A model generated the notes under the pieces. It searched no databases. It was not told the DNA's origin and saw only the letters and a program-made list of their open reading frames with translations. Below are positions 23,566 to 33,427 of a DNA stretch of 64,000 nt, in pieces. Numbering within the stretch: the first letter of the stretch is position 1; each line of letters opens with the position of its first letter. A program made the position numbers and the translations under genes. The stretch is from SAR86 cluster bacterium AG-422-E19. GTDB taxonomy: Bacteria; Pseudomonadota; Gammaproteobacteria; Magnimaribacterales; AG-339-G14. Location of the stretch: NCBI GenBank assembly GCA_003213595.1, contig QCMR01000002.1, positions 128,015 to 192,014 on the forward strand. Direction: 5' to 3'.

Positions 23566-23927
23566 GCCAAATAAAGAAAAGAGAAGAAAAATAATCCAGT
23601 TGAAAGAAAAGTAGCAAGAGCTGACATCCTGCCGGCTTTAAGAGTTTCCCAGTATCCAAAGTCCATTACTAAATGTCTTAAGCCAGAAATAAAATGATAA
23701 AAAATTGCCGTAATGAAAAAAGTAAATAAGCTTTTAAAGAGAATATTTTCAAATAATAAAATGATGATTTCGTAATTTGCTTCAGAACTCAAAGAAAAAA
23801 CTAATAACCCCATCATTGGAAGGGATAAAACGAAAATAGCAACTGCAGATAGTCTATGCAGAATAGAGGAAACCCCTGGCAAAGGTAAAGCAATCTTGAA
23901 TAGATTTAGGTATCTAGGCGAATTCAT
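23559..23927 (-). CDS. sdhC: Succinate dehydrogenase cytochrome b556 subunit SdhC
   Basis: 122 aa with 3 TM helices. HRLSAV and GLRHL histidine contexts. First gene of the sdh cluster. Confidence 0.85.
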   Translation of the reverse strand: MNSPRYLNLFKIALPLPGVSSILHRLSAVAIFVLSLPMMGLLVFSLSSEANYEIIILLFENILFKSLFTFFITAIFYHFISGLRHLVMDFGYWETLKAGRMSALATFLSTGLFFFSFLYLAW

Positions 23928-23965
23928 CTCAACAAAAAAACATTATATTGCAAAATTTATTTTAA

Positions 23966-25402
23966 TTAGCGCCTTGCTATCCTTTTTCTCTTAGCTAATT
24001 GCTTTTTCGTTAGTTTGTTTTTCTTATCCCCAAAAGGATTGGTATTATTTTTAAAAACCAATTTAATTGGAATTCCCTCATAGTTCATTTTTTTTCTTAA
24101 AAAATTTTCCAAGTACTTTTGATATTGTTTTGTTAACTTATCTAAGTTGTTACCCTGAATCCTGATAATTGTAGGTTGAGATGAAAGTAAATTTGCGTAT
24201 TTAATTTTTGGCCTAAACCTGCCAGACATCTGAGGGGGATTTAACATTGATGCTTCTTCAACTAGGTCATTCAACTTTGAGGTATCGATTTTCTTAAAGC
24301 TTTTTTTTATGAGCTTTATAAGCTCTTTGAATGCCTTTGCAGTACCTTTATTTTGTTTTGCTGAAATATAATGAATAGAGATACCGGATATGAAAGCTAA
24401 TTTTTTATTAATGGATCTAGTTAAATTTGATTTTTCGTATTGAGAGAGTACATCTGATTTGTTGATGCCTAAAATCATAGGTTTTCCAGAGGAAACAATC
24501 AATGAAATAAGATGTAAATCTTGATCAGTAATGTTTTCTTTTCCATCAATTAAATAAAGTACTCCAGAAGAAGATCTCATGCTCGAAATAGCTTTAGAAA
24601 CTGAGAAACTTTCTATTACTTGATCTATTTTTGATTTTTTTCTCAAGCCCGCTGTGTCAAAAAGTTCTATCTTGTCATTTTTAAAAACAATTGATTTAGA
24701 AATAGCATCTCTTGTTGTACCTGCCTTGTCTGAAACAATAGAACGATTTTCTTTAATTAAAGAATTAAAAAAAGTTGATTTTCCAGCATTGGGTTTTCCT
24801 AGGATACTCACCTTTATATTTTGACTATCAATTTCGTCTTCAAGATTAGAACTTGTTTCAATTTGAATTTGATTCAAGATTTCCTCTTTAAGATCTTTTA
24901 TACCTAAACCGTTTTTTGCAGATACTTTGATAAAGCTTTTTACTCCAAGTTGATAAAAGTCATTGACATTCTTTTCTGAAGATTTAAGTTCAGATTTATT
25001 TAGGGCAAGAATATATTTTTTTCCAGATTTTCTGAGAATTTCATGAATCTTATAATCATCTTGGCTTAAACCATAGTGAGCATCTACTAAAAAAATAAAC
25101 CCGTCAGCTTCCTCAATCGCCTTATATATTTCCTTCAGAATAAGAAGATTTATTTCTTCTCTTTCTTCTGAAATCCCCCCTGTATCAATTATTGAGAAAT
25201 TTTTAGATTTAAATGAAAAGTTTCCATAAAGCCTATCTCTGGTCAATCCAGAAAAATCAGCAATTATGGCCTTATCTTCCCCAATTATTTTATTAAAAAG
25301 CGAAGATTTACCAACGTTAGGTCTGCCTATTATTGCTACTATGGGTCCCATGTTGGGGACAATATCATTGCAAAGTGAAGAGTGAAAGTTTTCCTTTTGC
25401 AT
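23966..25402 (-). CDS. der: Ribosome-associated GTPase Der (EngA)
   Basis: Tandem GTPase domains (GRPNVGKSS and GKPNAGKST, each followed by DTGG/DTAG) plus a KH-like C-terminus. The likely true start is Met18 (ATG at 25351), which removes the overlap with bamB. Confidence 0.95.
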   Translation of the reverse strand: MQKENFHSSLCNDIVPNMGPIVAIIGRPNVGKSSLFNKIIGEDKAIIADFSGLTRDRLYGNFSFKSKNFSIIDTGGISEEREEINLLILKEIYKAIEEADGFIFLVDAHYGLSQDDYKIHEILRKSGKKYILALNKSELKSSEKNVNDFYQLGVKSFIKVSAKNGLGIKDLKEEILNQIQIETSSNLEDEIDSQNIKVSILGKPNAGKSTFFNSLIKENRSIVSDKAGTTRDAISKSIVFKNDKIELFDTAGLRKKSKIDQVIESFSVSKAISSMRSSSGVLYLIDGKENITDQDLHLISLIVSSGKPMILGINKSDVLSQYEKSNLTRSINKKLAFISGISIHYISAKQNKGTAKAFKELIKLIKKSFKKIDTSKLNDLVEEASMLNPPQMSGRFRPKIKYANLLSSQPTIIRIQGNNLDKLTKQYQKYLENFLRKKMNYEGIPIKLVFKNNTNPFGDKKNKLTKKQLAKRKRIARR

Positions 25403-26495
25403 CTAATGATAAGACATTATCTTCAAAAGAAGACAATGAAATAATTTTAGACCTAGAGACTCTTTTTCTGGCAACTTGCTCACCATCGCTAGTATTTAAT
25501 GCATGGAGATATCCTTGAAAATCACCAAAAACAATCAAGGATTTAATTTTGCTGGGAGAAGTTAAATCTCGTAAGTAAAAATCTTTGTTGAACCATTCTA
25601 AATTTCCAGAATTTTGAGAATATGCTATTGCATTATCATTTTCATCAACAAGAAATATTTTTCCCCTAGAATACAAAAGATCATTAACAGTTGATGTCTT
25701 CTCCCTCCAAAAAGTTCTTCCTGATCTAGTATCAATTGCGGCTATGTCTCCTTGATATGTTGCAACAAATACAACGTTATTTGAGAATACGAAATTTCCA
25801 TCAATATCAACCAATCTTGCAATTTCGGATGTTTCCTTGGAAATAGTTACTGGAATCTCCCATTGAACAATTCCAGATCTAGGTTCAATTTTTGCTAAAT
25901 TTCCGTTGGCGAATCCAGCATACAAAAATCTTTCATGGAAAGAAGGTTCAGAAGTGCCTCTAATCGTCAAATTAGGTATTACACTTCTATAATCCCACCT
26001 AAATTCGCCACTTTCTAAGTCTAAAGCTGTTACCCTCCCATCAATAGTTTGTACTGCTACTATGTCGCCATTGGTTGATGGAGGTGCTAAAACCTCACCA
26101 GAAGAGCTATATTTCCATAAGGTGTTTCCAGTTGCTTTAGACAAGCAATATATATCTCCGTTAGAAGAACTGAGAAGAAGTTTTCCAAACGCCAAGTTAA
26201 TGCCTGTTGAAATATCTGAATCCAATTTAATAGTCCAATTTTTTTTTCCGTTATATGAGTAAGATTTGATTTCTCCTTTGGAGTCAAAAACAAAAATATT
26301 TTTCTCATCAAAAGATATTTTTATTTTGCCTAGGGGAGGATTCTTAAAAACATTTGCAGACCATTGCTTTTTAAAAAGAAAACTTTCGTTAATTTCTTTT
26401 TTTAATTCATTTGGCTTTTCTTCTTCTTTTGCTCCTGTCTCACAAGCGACCAAAAGTAAAAACAAAAATATATATGTTAAAGATTTAAAATTCAT
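25365..26495 (-). CDS. bamB: Outer-membrane assembly lipoprotein BamB
   Basis: Lipobox LLLVAC and PQQ-like beta-propeller repeats. Conserved position between yfgM and der. Confidence 0.85.
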   Translation of the reverse strand: MNFKSLTYIFLFLLLVACETGAKEEEKPNELKKEINESFLFKKQWSANVFKNPPLGKIKISFDEKNIFVFDSKGEIKSYSYNGKKNWTIKLDSDISTGINLAFGKLLLSSSNGDIYCLSKATGNTLWKYSSSGEVLAPPSTNGDIVAVQTIDGRVTALDLESGEFRWDYRSVIPNLTIRGTSEPSFHERFLYAGFANGNLAKIEPRSGIVQWEIPVTISKETSEIARLVDIDGNFVFSNNVVFVATYQGDIAAIDTRSGRTFWREKTSTVNDLLYSRGKIFLVDENDNAIAYSQNSGNLEWFNKDFYLRDLTSPSKIKSLIVFGDFQGYLHALNTSDGEQVARKRVSRSKIISLSSFEDNVLSLDAKGKLSLFTLQ

Positions 26496-27118
26496 TATTC
26501 AGCTAAGGTAGAGATTTTTAAGTTAATAAGGTTTTTCTGAGTTTCATTTTCAGATCTTGCAAGGGCATCAACATATTTTTTCTTAGCATCTTTGAACTTA
26601 TTCTCTATTGCAAAGATGTCTCCTTGAAGGATGAGTTTGTTTGTTTGATAAATCGTAAAAGTATTATTAAGGATATTTTTAGCTCTTTCTAAATCCTCTA
26701 AATCAATAAAGATATTTACCATTCTTAAATCAATTATTTCTTTTAGGAAATTAAAATTATTGCTTCTTGAGCTTAAGATTTCTCTAGCATTCAAAAGTTC
26801 AGTTAAAGCTTTTTGAAGATCATTACCTTCTACTGACTCAACGGCATTGATAGACTTAAGCATTGCAAGATAAATTGAAGCTTCATCTATTTGAGAAATT
26901 TCATCTATAACAATTTTATACTCTTCTTCATTGAAGTCTGAAACTGAATAAGAATTATAGAAACTGAGAAATAAATCTCCCGCATCTTGATCTTTTTTTT
27001 GAGCCTGGAAATAATAATAAAGATAAGCACCGTAAGCCAATCCTATGATGAGGAGAAATGAAATTACCTTAATGTAATTTTTAAGAATCCAAGCATAAAT
27101 TTTATTTAGAAAATTCAT
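26495..27118 (-). CDS. yfgM: YfgM-like membrane-anchored TPR-like protein
   Basis: 207 aa with one N-terminal TM helix followed by a helical repeat region. Called mainly from the conserved hisS-yfgM-bamB position. Confidence 0.6.
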   Translation of the reverse strand: MNFLNKIYAWILKNYIKVISFLLIIGLAYGAYLYYYFQAQKKDQDAGDLFLSFYNSYSVSDFNEEEYKIVIDEISQIDEASIYLAMLKSINAVESVEGNDLQKALTELLNAREILSSRSNNFNFLKEIIDLRMVNIFIDLEDLERAKNILNNTFTIYQTNKLILQGDIFAIENKFKDAKKKYVDALARSENETQKNLINLKISTLAE

Positions 27119-27123
27119 TTAAT

Positions 27124-28374
27124 TTATTTCAGATTTTTTAACAAAGAATCAAAATTATCGATTTTCATTTCTTGATTCATTGAAAGTTTTTTTAAGGTAT
27201 AAGAATTGTTTTTAATCTCTTCGCGACCAATTATAACCATGAAATCAGTATTTTTTTTGTTTGCTTTTTTTAAGAGAGTTTTTAAATTTTTTTCTTTCCC
27301 AGAAAATTGTATTGATAGGTTTTTTAATTTCTTTCTTAGAGACGAAGCTAGCTTCATTCCGTTTAGAAAAAAAGAGTCTTCAAGAGATACTATTAACAAT
27401 GATTTTGTATTTTTTATAATTGAATCTTCAATTAACAAGCATAGTCTTTCAAGACCTATTGATAGGCCAATTGCATTGGTTTCTCTTCCGCCAATGATTT
27501 TAGATAAAGAATCATATCTTCCTCCTCCACAAATGGTATCTTGAGATCCAATTGAATTTGATTTCCATTCAAACACTAAATCGTTGTAATAATCCAATCC
27601 TCTAACCAAAAGAGGATTTTCTTTGTATTGAATTTCTAAATCCTCTAGATAGTTTTTTATTGAGGAAAATTTATCTTGTGATTCCTTTGAAATTGATTGA
27701 CCTATCTTTGGAGCGTCTTTAATGAGATTTTCTAAATCTTGATTTTTTGAATCTAAAATTCTCAAAGGATTTTTTTCTAATCTTTTTAAGCTATCTTCAT
27801 CTAAGTCTTTTTTATATTTTGAAAAATAATCTTTTAGTTTTTGGGAGTATTCTTGCTGATCCTTTTGTGAACCAATAGAATTAACCTCTAAAGTCATTTC
27901 TTTTTTTACTGAGAGTTCTTCAAAAAGGAAATTTGATATCTCAAGCATTTCTAAATCAATGGCACAATCATTGAAACCATAAGCCTCCAAACTAAGTTGT
28001 TGGAATTGGCGAGATCGACCTTTTTGAGGACGTTCGTATCGAAACATTGGGCCTTTATATGACAATTTTTGTTGACCAGCATCAAGCAACCCCGTTTCTA
28101 TAGCCATGCGCATGCAACCAGCTGTACCTTCTGGTCTAAGTGTCATCGATTTCCCACTTTTGCTTTCAAAAGTAAACATTTCTTTGTTCACTATGTCCGA
28201 TTGATCGCCAACGGATCTTTTAAATAAATCTGTGCTTTCTATGATTGGAAATCTCACCTCTTGATAGCCATAACTTTTAGAAATTTCATCAAAGGTGTTT
28301 TCCACAAAATTAATTTTAGTTGTTTCAATAGGATCTGTATCTTGCATTCCTCGCAACTTTGAAATCTTTTTCAT
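27124..28374 (-). CDS. hisS: Histidyl-tRNA synthetase
   Basis: 416 aa. Class II motifs (LRPEGT, FRYERPQKGRSRQF, GGGRYD) and a C-terminal anticodon-binding domain. Confidence 0.96.
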   Translation of the reverse strand: MKKISKLRGMQDTDPIETTKINFVENTFDEISKSYGYQEVRFPIIESTDLFKRSVGDQSDIVNKEMFTFESKSGKSMTLRPEGTAGCMRMAIETGLLDAGQQKLSYKGPMFRYERPQKGRSRQFQQLSLEAYGFNDCAIDLEMLEISNFLFEELSVKKEMTLEVNSIGSQKDQQEYSQKLKDYFSKYKKDLDEDSLKRLEKNPLRILDSKNQDLENLIKDAPKIGQSISKESQDKFSSIKNYLEDLEIQYKENPLLVRGLDYYNDLVFEWKSNSIGSQDTICGGGRYDSLSKIIGGRETNAIGLSIGLERLCLLIEDSIIKNTKSLLIVSLEDSFFLNGMKLASSLRKKLKNLSIQFSGKEKNLKTLLKKANKKNTDFMVIIGREEIKNNSYTLKKLSMNQEMKIDNFDSLLKNLK

Positions 28375-28379
28375 GATTG

Positions 28380-29492
28380 TTAGACCTCTTTAATGGAAAG
28401 CTTACTTTTGGATTGTTTAACTTTTTTTGCTTTCTTCCTAATTAATTTCTCAAGAGAGTCGACAAGGTCTTTGTTTGAAAGTTTATGATCTGCCTTTCCA
28501 TCTACATATACAAGATTATTTGGCGAAGCTCCAGTTAAACCAACGTCCGCTGCTTTAGATTCTCCAGGTCCATTTACATAACAACCAATAACCGCGACAT
28601 CTATATTCTCTGTTACATCTTCGAGTCTAGATTCAAGTTCGTTCATGGTTTTAATGACATCAAAATTTTGTCTTGCACAACTTGGACAGGCGATGAAATT
28701 GATACCCTTCTTTCTTAATTTTAGTGACCGTAAAATATCAAAACCAACTTTGATTTCTTCGCATGGGTCTGAAGCTAAAGATACTCTTAAAGTATCGCCT
28801 ATGCCTTCTGAAAGAAGTTGTCCAATTGCTATGGATGATTTGATAGTTCCACTTCTTTGGCCTCCAGCTTCTGTCAGACCTAAATGAAGGGGTTGGTCAA
28901 TCAAAGAGCTTATTTTCCTGTAACTTTCTGTCATCATAAAGATATCAGAGGCTTTGATACTAAGTTTAAAATTTTCAAAATTTTGTTTCTTTAAAATATT
29001 TACATGATTCATAGCCGATTCAACTAATGCATCAGAATTTGGCTCTCCATATTTTTTTTGCAATTTTTTTTCAAGAGACCCTGCATTTACTCCAATCCTT
29101 ATCGGAATATTATGATGAGATGCACAAGCAATAACTTCTTTTACTTTTTTTTCATTACCAATATTTCCAGGATTTATTCTCAAACAATCTGCGCCTTGTT
29201 CTGCTACCTGAATAGCAATCTTGTAATCAAAATGAATATCGGCAATCAATGGAACATTCGCTTTTTCTTTTATTTTTCCAAAGGCTTTTACCGAATCTTC
29301 GTCTGGAACAGAAACTCTTATTAAATCTGCTCCAACTTTTTCTAACTCTTTGATTTGTTCTAAAGTTTTTTTTGCATCAGTTGTTAAAGTATTAGTCATA
29401 CTTTGAACTGTTATATCTGAGTCTCCTCCAACAGGAACGTTTCCAACGTGAATCAGTCTGCTTTTCCTTCGTTTAATCTCTAATTGACTCAA
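28380..29492 (-). CDS. ispG: 4-hydroxy-3-methylbut-2-enyl diphosphate synthase IspG
   Basis: 370 aa. TIM-barrel N-domain ([15 protein letters not shown]) and Cys ligands in ACPSCAR...GCYVNGPGE. Confidence 0.96.
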   Translation of the reverse strand: MSQLEIKRRKSRLIHVGNVPVGGDSDITVQSMTNTLTTDAKKTLEQIKELEKVGADLIRVSVPDEDSVKAFGKIKEKANVPLIADIHFDYKIAIQVAEQGADCLRINPGNIGNEKKVKEVIACASHHNIPIRIGVNAGSLEKKLQKKYGEPNSDALVESAMNHVNILKKQNFENFKLSIKASDIFMMTESYRKISSLIDQPLHLGLTEAGGQRSGTIKSSIAIGQLLSEGIGDTLRVSLASDPCEEIKVGFDILRSLKLRKKGINFIACPSCARQNFDVIKTMNELESRLEDVTENIDVAVIGCYVNGPGESKAADVGLTGASPNNLVYVDGKADHKLSNKDLVDSLEKLIRKKAKKVKQSKSKLSIKEV

Positions 29493-30318
29493 CTTTATTT
29501 GCCTCGTTTACCCAAAAATGAGCATAGTTGCTTGCTCCTTTGATTGCTCTAGAAAAACTGATTTTTTGATCATCAATATATAGAGTTGTTGAAGGAGCAT
29601 AGCCTATTTTAAACCTCAATGGAGATATTCCTGAAAGCTCATAACTTCCAGTTTGCATCAATTCATATAGAAGCCTTTCATTCTTATCAAAAACTACCAC
29701 CCAACTTTCTCCTTCAATAACAATTTCAATCTTTCTCATTAAATCTTTTGGACTCAAATCACCTAGGATTTCCTCATTTGAAAATAAGTCATTGCTGATT
29801 GGATTCTCATTCAATAATACTTCCTTAGAAGAGCTCATCATTAAATCTTGATTTTCAATTTCCAAAGATTCTGATTCGCTCTCCATCTCTTGATTGTCTA
29901 ATAAATAAATTTCCTCATCATCTGTAATATCAAACATTAAGAACAATAAAATGGTGGAAATAAATAAAATACCTCCATACTTAAAGTAAGAGTTACTGAC
30001 GCTTGGAAAATTTAAATTATTTAAGAGGTTCCGAAAATTAAACTTAGTATCTATAGAAGGTTCATCTTCAGATATTATTTCCGGAGGAGATATAAATTCT
30101 TCGTAATCCTTTAACGCCTCACTTGGATCAATTCCTAAAAATTTAAAAAGGCGCTCTATTTGAGATTTAGCAAAAATTTCAGCTGGAAGATTCTTAAAAT
30201 CAGCTTTCTCAATTGCTTCAATAAATTTTGTGGGAATTTTTGTTTTATCTGATATTTCTTTTATAGAAAATTCAGATTCAAGAATTTTAGTCTTTAGCTG
30301 TACGTTCCAGCTTTCCAT
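29473..30318 (-). CDS. rodZ: Cytoskeleton protein RodZ-like (HTH, TM helix, periplasmic domain)
   Basis: N-terminal HTH-like segment, a single TM helix ([15 protein letters not shown]), an acidic linker, and a C-terminal beta-rich domain. Conserved position upstream of ispG. Confidence 0.65.
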   Translation of the reverse strand: MESWNVQLKTKILESEFSIKEISDKTKIPTKFIEAIEKADFKNLPAEIFAKSQIERLFKFLGIDPSEALKDYEEFISPPEIISEDEPSIDTKFNFRNLLNNLNFPSVSNSYFKYGGILFISTILLFLMFDITDDEEIYLLDNQEMESESESLEIENQDLMMSSSKEVLLNENPISNDLFSNEEILGDLSPKDLMRKIEIVIEGESWVVVFDKNERLLYELMQTGSYELSGISPLRFKIGYAPSTTLYIDDQKISFSRAIKGASNYAHFWVNEANKVESIRD

Positions 30319-30327
30319 AATCTTAAA

Positions 30328-30735
30328 CTAAAACAAAGCAGACATTATTTCAATTTCTCTGTCTGCAGATTCTGGAGAGTCTGAACCATGTACTGCATTT
30401 TTAGAAATTGACTCAGCAAATTTCTTTCTGATGGTACCTTCTTCAGCTTCTTCTGGGTTTGTTGCACCCATTAAACTTCTGTAACTTGTTATACAAGAAT
30501 CACCTTCAAGAATTTGGACAACTGCTGGTCCTGAGGTTATAAAATCCACAAGTTCATTGAAAAAAGGTTTTTCTGAATGCTCTGCATAAAATTGTTTGGC
30601 AATTTCAGGAGAAATATTAGTTTTTTTGCTTTTTAAAATAGACAATCCTTTTGACTCAATCATTTCATTTATTTGATCGACAAAATTATTTTCTACCGCA
30701 TCTGGTTTTATTATGCACAAGGTTTTTTCTGACAT
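30328..30735 (-). CDS. ndk: Nucleoside diphosphate kinase
   Basis: 135 aa. TLCIIKPDAV and the active-site NAVHGSDS. Confidence 0.96.
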   Translation of the reverse strand: MSEKTLCIIKPDAVENNFVDQINEMIESKGLSILKSKKTNISPEIAKQFYAEHSEKPFFNELVDFITSGPAVVQILEGDSCITSYRSLMGATNPEEAEEGTIRKKFAESISKNAVHGSDSPESADREIEIMSALF

Positions 30736-30929
30736 TAATCCTTCTCCTCTATCCAGATAGCCTGAATAGCTTCTAAAATTCTCTCATTACAGTTCTCTTT
30801 CTTTCCTGAGAACCCTTCGAGAGACGTAACCATATTCATAAGATCTAAAAAAAGCAACTTTTCAGGCTCTTCATTTGGATATTTTTCACAGAGACTATCT
30901 ACGATGTCATAGGTATCAGACCAATCCAT
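30735..30929 (-). CDS. iscX: Fe-S assembly protein IscX (YfhJ)
   Basis: 64-aa acidic protein, colinear with E. coli IscX (W.D...YP......NE.ILEAI..W.EE). Last gene of the isc cluster. Confidence 0.8.
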   Translation of the reverse strand: MDWSDTYDIVDSLCEKYPNEEPEKLLFLDLMNMVTSLEGFSGKKENCNERILEAIQAIWIEEKD

Positions 30930-30934
30930 TGTAT

Positions 30935-31663
30935 TTAGTTGTTAGATAGTTCTTTTACAAGCTCGTTGTCGAAATTAAAACTTTCACCACAACCACATTC
31001 AGCAGAAACATTTGGATTCAAAAAAACAAGTTCTTGATTTAAATTTTTTTTAACAAAATCGAGTTTAGTGCCTTTAAGGAATACAAAACTCTTATCGTGA
31101 ATAAATAAATTTACTCCATTTACTAAGCCAGCGAGATCGTTTTTGTCTTTTTCATCAATCAAATCAAGCTGATACGCAAAGCCTGAACAGCCTGAGTCTT
31201 TCAAAGATATTCGAATTCCTAGAGAATTATTAGCATTTATCATTTCAGTTAAATGGCTAGCCGCAGTATTGGAAATATCAAAATCTTTTGAAGAAATTTC
31301 TTTATTTGAGTCATTGGAGGGTTTGGGGTGATTTTCTGAAACCATATTTATTGTGTATTTAGGAATTTGTATTTCCAAATCTGTATCTTCAACTATTGTT
31401 TGACAACTTAATCTAGATTTTGGTTCCAAACCCCAAGCTTTATCTAATAAATCTTCCTCATCATCTGAAGAATCATTTAAGGAATTAAAACCTTCTGTAA
31501 AGATAACATGACAAGTAGTACAGGCGCATGATAGCTCACAGGCGTGTTCTAGGTCTATATCCTGATTGAGAAGGTTTTCACAGACAGAAACTCCTGACTC
31601 TGCTTCAAATTCTGCTCCTTGAGGACATATTTCAGCATGCGGCAATACTTTGATTTTCGGCAT
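30935..31663 (-). CDS. Fusion protein: full-length ISC [2Fe-2S] ferredoxin (Fdx, aa 1-~112) joined to an IscA-type A-type carrier (aa ~130-242)
   Basis: The N-terminal half aligns end to end with E. coli Fdx (MPKI..LPH...CP.GA..EA..G...EHACE.SCACTTCH...EGF.SL...S..E.D.LDKAWGLEP.SRLSCQ...D.DL...IP.YTIN). A Ser/Asn/Lys-rich linker follows. The C-terminal half aligns with IscA (SGCSGFAY...LDFVK...F.NPNV..ECGCGESF). Confidence 0.88.
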   Translation of the reverse strand: MPKIKVLPHAEICPQGAEFEAESGVSVCENLLNQDIDLEHACELSCACTTCHVIFTEGFNSLNDSSDDEEDLLDKAWGLEPKSRLSCQTIVEDTDLEIQIPKYTINMVSENHPKPSNDSNKEISSKDFDISNTAASHLTEMINANNSLGIRISLKDSGCSGFAYQLDLIDEKDKNDLAGLVNGVNLFIHDKSFVFLKGTKLDFVKKNLNQELVFLNPNVSAECGCGESFNFDNELVKELSNN

Positions 31664-32085
31664 TAGTCATTATTTCTTCTGCTTTTGAAGTCATCAATCG
31701 CCCTATGGATAGCTTCTTCAGCAAGAACGCTACAGTGAATTTTTATTGCTGGTAATTCAAGAATATCGACGATTTCTTGATTTGAGATATTTTGAGCTTC
31801 TTCTAAAGTTTTTCCTTTGAGCATATCAATAAGCTCTCCGCTAGAAGCAATTGCTGAACCACAACCATAGGTCTTAAACTTTGCATCTACAATTTTATTA
31901 GTGCCATCTATGTTTTCACATTTAATTTGAAGCTTCATGACGTCTCCACAAGCAGGGGCGCCAACTATGCCTGTACCAACTCTATGAAAGTCTTTGTCTC
32001 CAGGCTTCCATCTTCCTACGCTTGCTTCTTTAGGATTTTTTAATGTTTGTTCAAATTTATCTACTACTTTCTGTGAATAAGCCAT
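31663..32085 (-). CDS. iscU: Fe-S cluster scaffold IscU
   Basis: MAYSQKV...GAPACGDVMKLQIK...FKTYGCGSAIASS...IHCSVLAE. The chaperone-docking motif reads LPAIK (31741..31755) where E. coli has LPPVK. Confidence 0.96.
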   Translation of the reverse strand: MAYSQKVVDKFEQTLKNPKEASVGRWKPGDKDFHRVGTGIVGAPACGDVMKLQIKCENIDGTNKIVDAKFKTYGCGSAIASSGELIDMLKGKTLEEAQNISNQEIVDILELPAIKIHCSVLAEEAIHRAIDDFKSRRNND

Positions 32086-32112
32086 TAGTTCCTCGCAGTT
32101 AAAATTTTCAAT

Positions 32113-33348
32113 TTATGCCCACTCTATTTTATCTAAATCTACGCCATCTTGATACATTTCCCAGAGTGGAGAGATTTCTCTAAGTTTGTCAACAGAGTCT
32201 TTTACAAGCTCTACAGTCTCTTTAACCTCTTGTTCCTTTGTGAACCTTCCAAAAGAGAATCGTATCGAGCTATGAGCAAGTTCATCTTTTCTTCCTAATG
32301 CCCTTAAAACATAAGAAGGTTCAAGGCTAGCAGAGGTACAAGCAGAGCCAGATGAAACTGCAATATTTTTCAATGCCATTATTAAAGACTCGCCTTCAAC
32401 AAAGTTGAATGACATGTTAAAGATTCCTGGAAATGTGTTATCAATTGCTCCGTTTATATAAACTTCTTCCATATCTTTTAATCCGTTCCACAAAATGTCT
32501 CTGTATTTATAAAGATTTTTAAAATCTTCTGACATCTTTTCTTTGGCAAGCTTAAAGGCTTCACCCATCCCAACGATCTGATGTGTTGGAAGAGTACCTG
32601 CCCTTATACCTCTTTCTTGGCCCCCGCCATGAAATAAAGGTTGAAGACGCACTCTAGGCTTTCTTCTAATATACAACGCTCCAATCCCTTTAGGACCATA
32701 AATTTTATGAGCAGAAAATGACATTAAATCGACTTCTAAATTCTCAATATCAATTGGAATTTTCCCTGCGCTTTGTGCTGCATCAACGTGAAAGATACTT
32801 CCATTTTGTTTTACAATTCTTCCGATAGCCTCAATATCGTTTATAACGCCTATTTCATTATTGATATGCATCAAAGAAACTAAAACAGTATCCTCTCTGA
32901 GGGCTGCTTTGACAGACTCAGGCGTAATAATTCCATCACTGTTTGGCTCTAGATAAGTTACTTCGTAAGATTCGCTTTCAAGTTGTCTGCATACATCTAA
33001 AACAGCTTTGTGTTCAATTTTGGAAGTGATTATGTGTTTACCTTTATCGGAGTAAAAGTATGCTGCACCTTTGATAGCTAGGTTGTCTGATTCAGTAGCT
33101 CCAGAGGTCCAAATAATTTCTCTGGAATCACAATTTAATAAGTTAGCAACATTTACTCGAGCTTCCTCAACTAATTCTTCAGCCTTCCAGCCAAAAACAT
33201 GAGATCTTGATCCAGAATTACCAAATGCTCCATCGACTGATAAACATTCTTTCATTTTATCTACCACCAATGAATCAACTGGAGTAGTAGAAGCGTAATC
33301 AAAATAGTAAGTATTCATTTCATCTAAAATTCGCGTGAATAATATCAC
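32113..33348 (-). CDS. iscS: Cysteine desulfurase IscS
   Basis: The PLP lysine context [12 protein letters not shown] and the active-site loop SSGSACTS. The likely true start is Met11 (ATG at 33318, [13 protein letters not shown]). Confidence 0.96.
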   Translation of the reverse strand: MILFTRILDEMNTYYFDYASTTPVDSLVVDKMKECLSVDGAFGNSGSRSHVFGWKAEELVEEARVNVANLLNCDSREIIWTSGATESDNLAIKGAAYFYSDKGKHIITSKIEHKAVLDVCRQLESESYEVTYLEPNSDGIITPESVKAALREDTVLVSLMHINNEIGVINDIEAIGRIVKQNGSIFHVDAAQSAGKIPIDIENLEVDLMSFSAHKIYGPKGIGALYIRRKPRVRLQPLFHGGGQERGIRAGTLPTHQIVGMGEAFKLAKEKMSEDFKNLYKYRDILWNGLKDMEEVYINGAIDNTFPGIFNMSFNFVEGESLIMALKNIAVSSGSACTSASLEPSYVLRALGRKDELAHSSIRFSFGRFTKEQEVKETVELVKDSVDKLREISPLWEMYQDGVDLDKIEWA

Positions 33349-33361
33349 GAAAACAATAATC

Positions 33362-33427
33362 TAAAAAGGTACATTTAATTGAAAGCAAACATTTCATAAA
33401 CTTATTACAAAGTATTGTACCTTTTTA
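33362..33427. repeat. Perfect 12-bp inverted repeat TAAAAAGGTACA / TGTACCTTTTTA in the iscS / korC-like divergent intergenic region
   Basis: Arms at 33362..33373 and 33416..33427, with a 42-bp spacer. A third copy of the AAGGTACA core lies at 33474..33481. The right arm overlaps the predicted -35 of the plus-strand promoter. Confidence 0.5.

Noticed and set aside
33319-33348. N-terminal extensions in the ORF track for iscS (10 aa), der (17 aa, 25352..25402), ispH (9 aa, 5375..5401) and pyrG (3 aa).
   Set aside because: In each case the conserved protein N-terminus begins at the internal Met. The extensions are most simply longest-ORF artefacts rather than biology.
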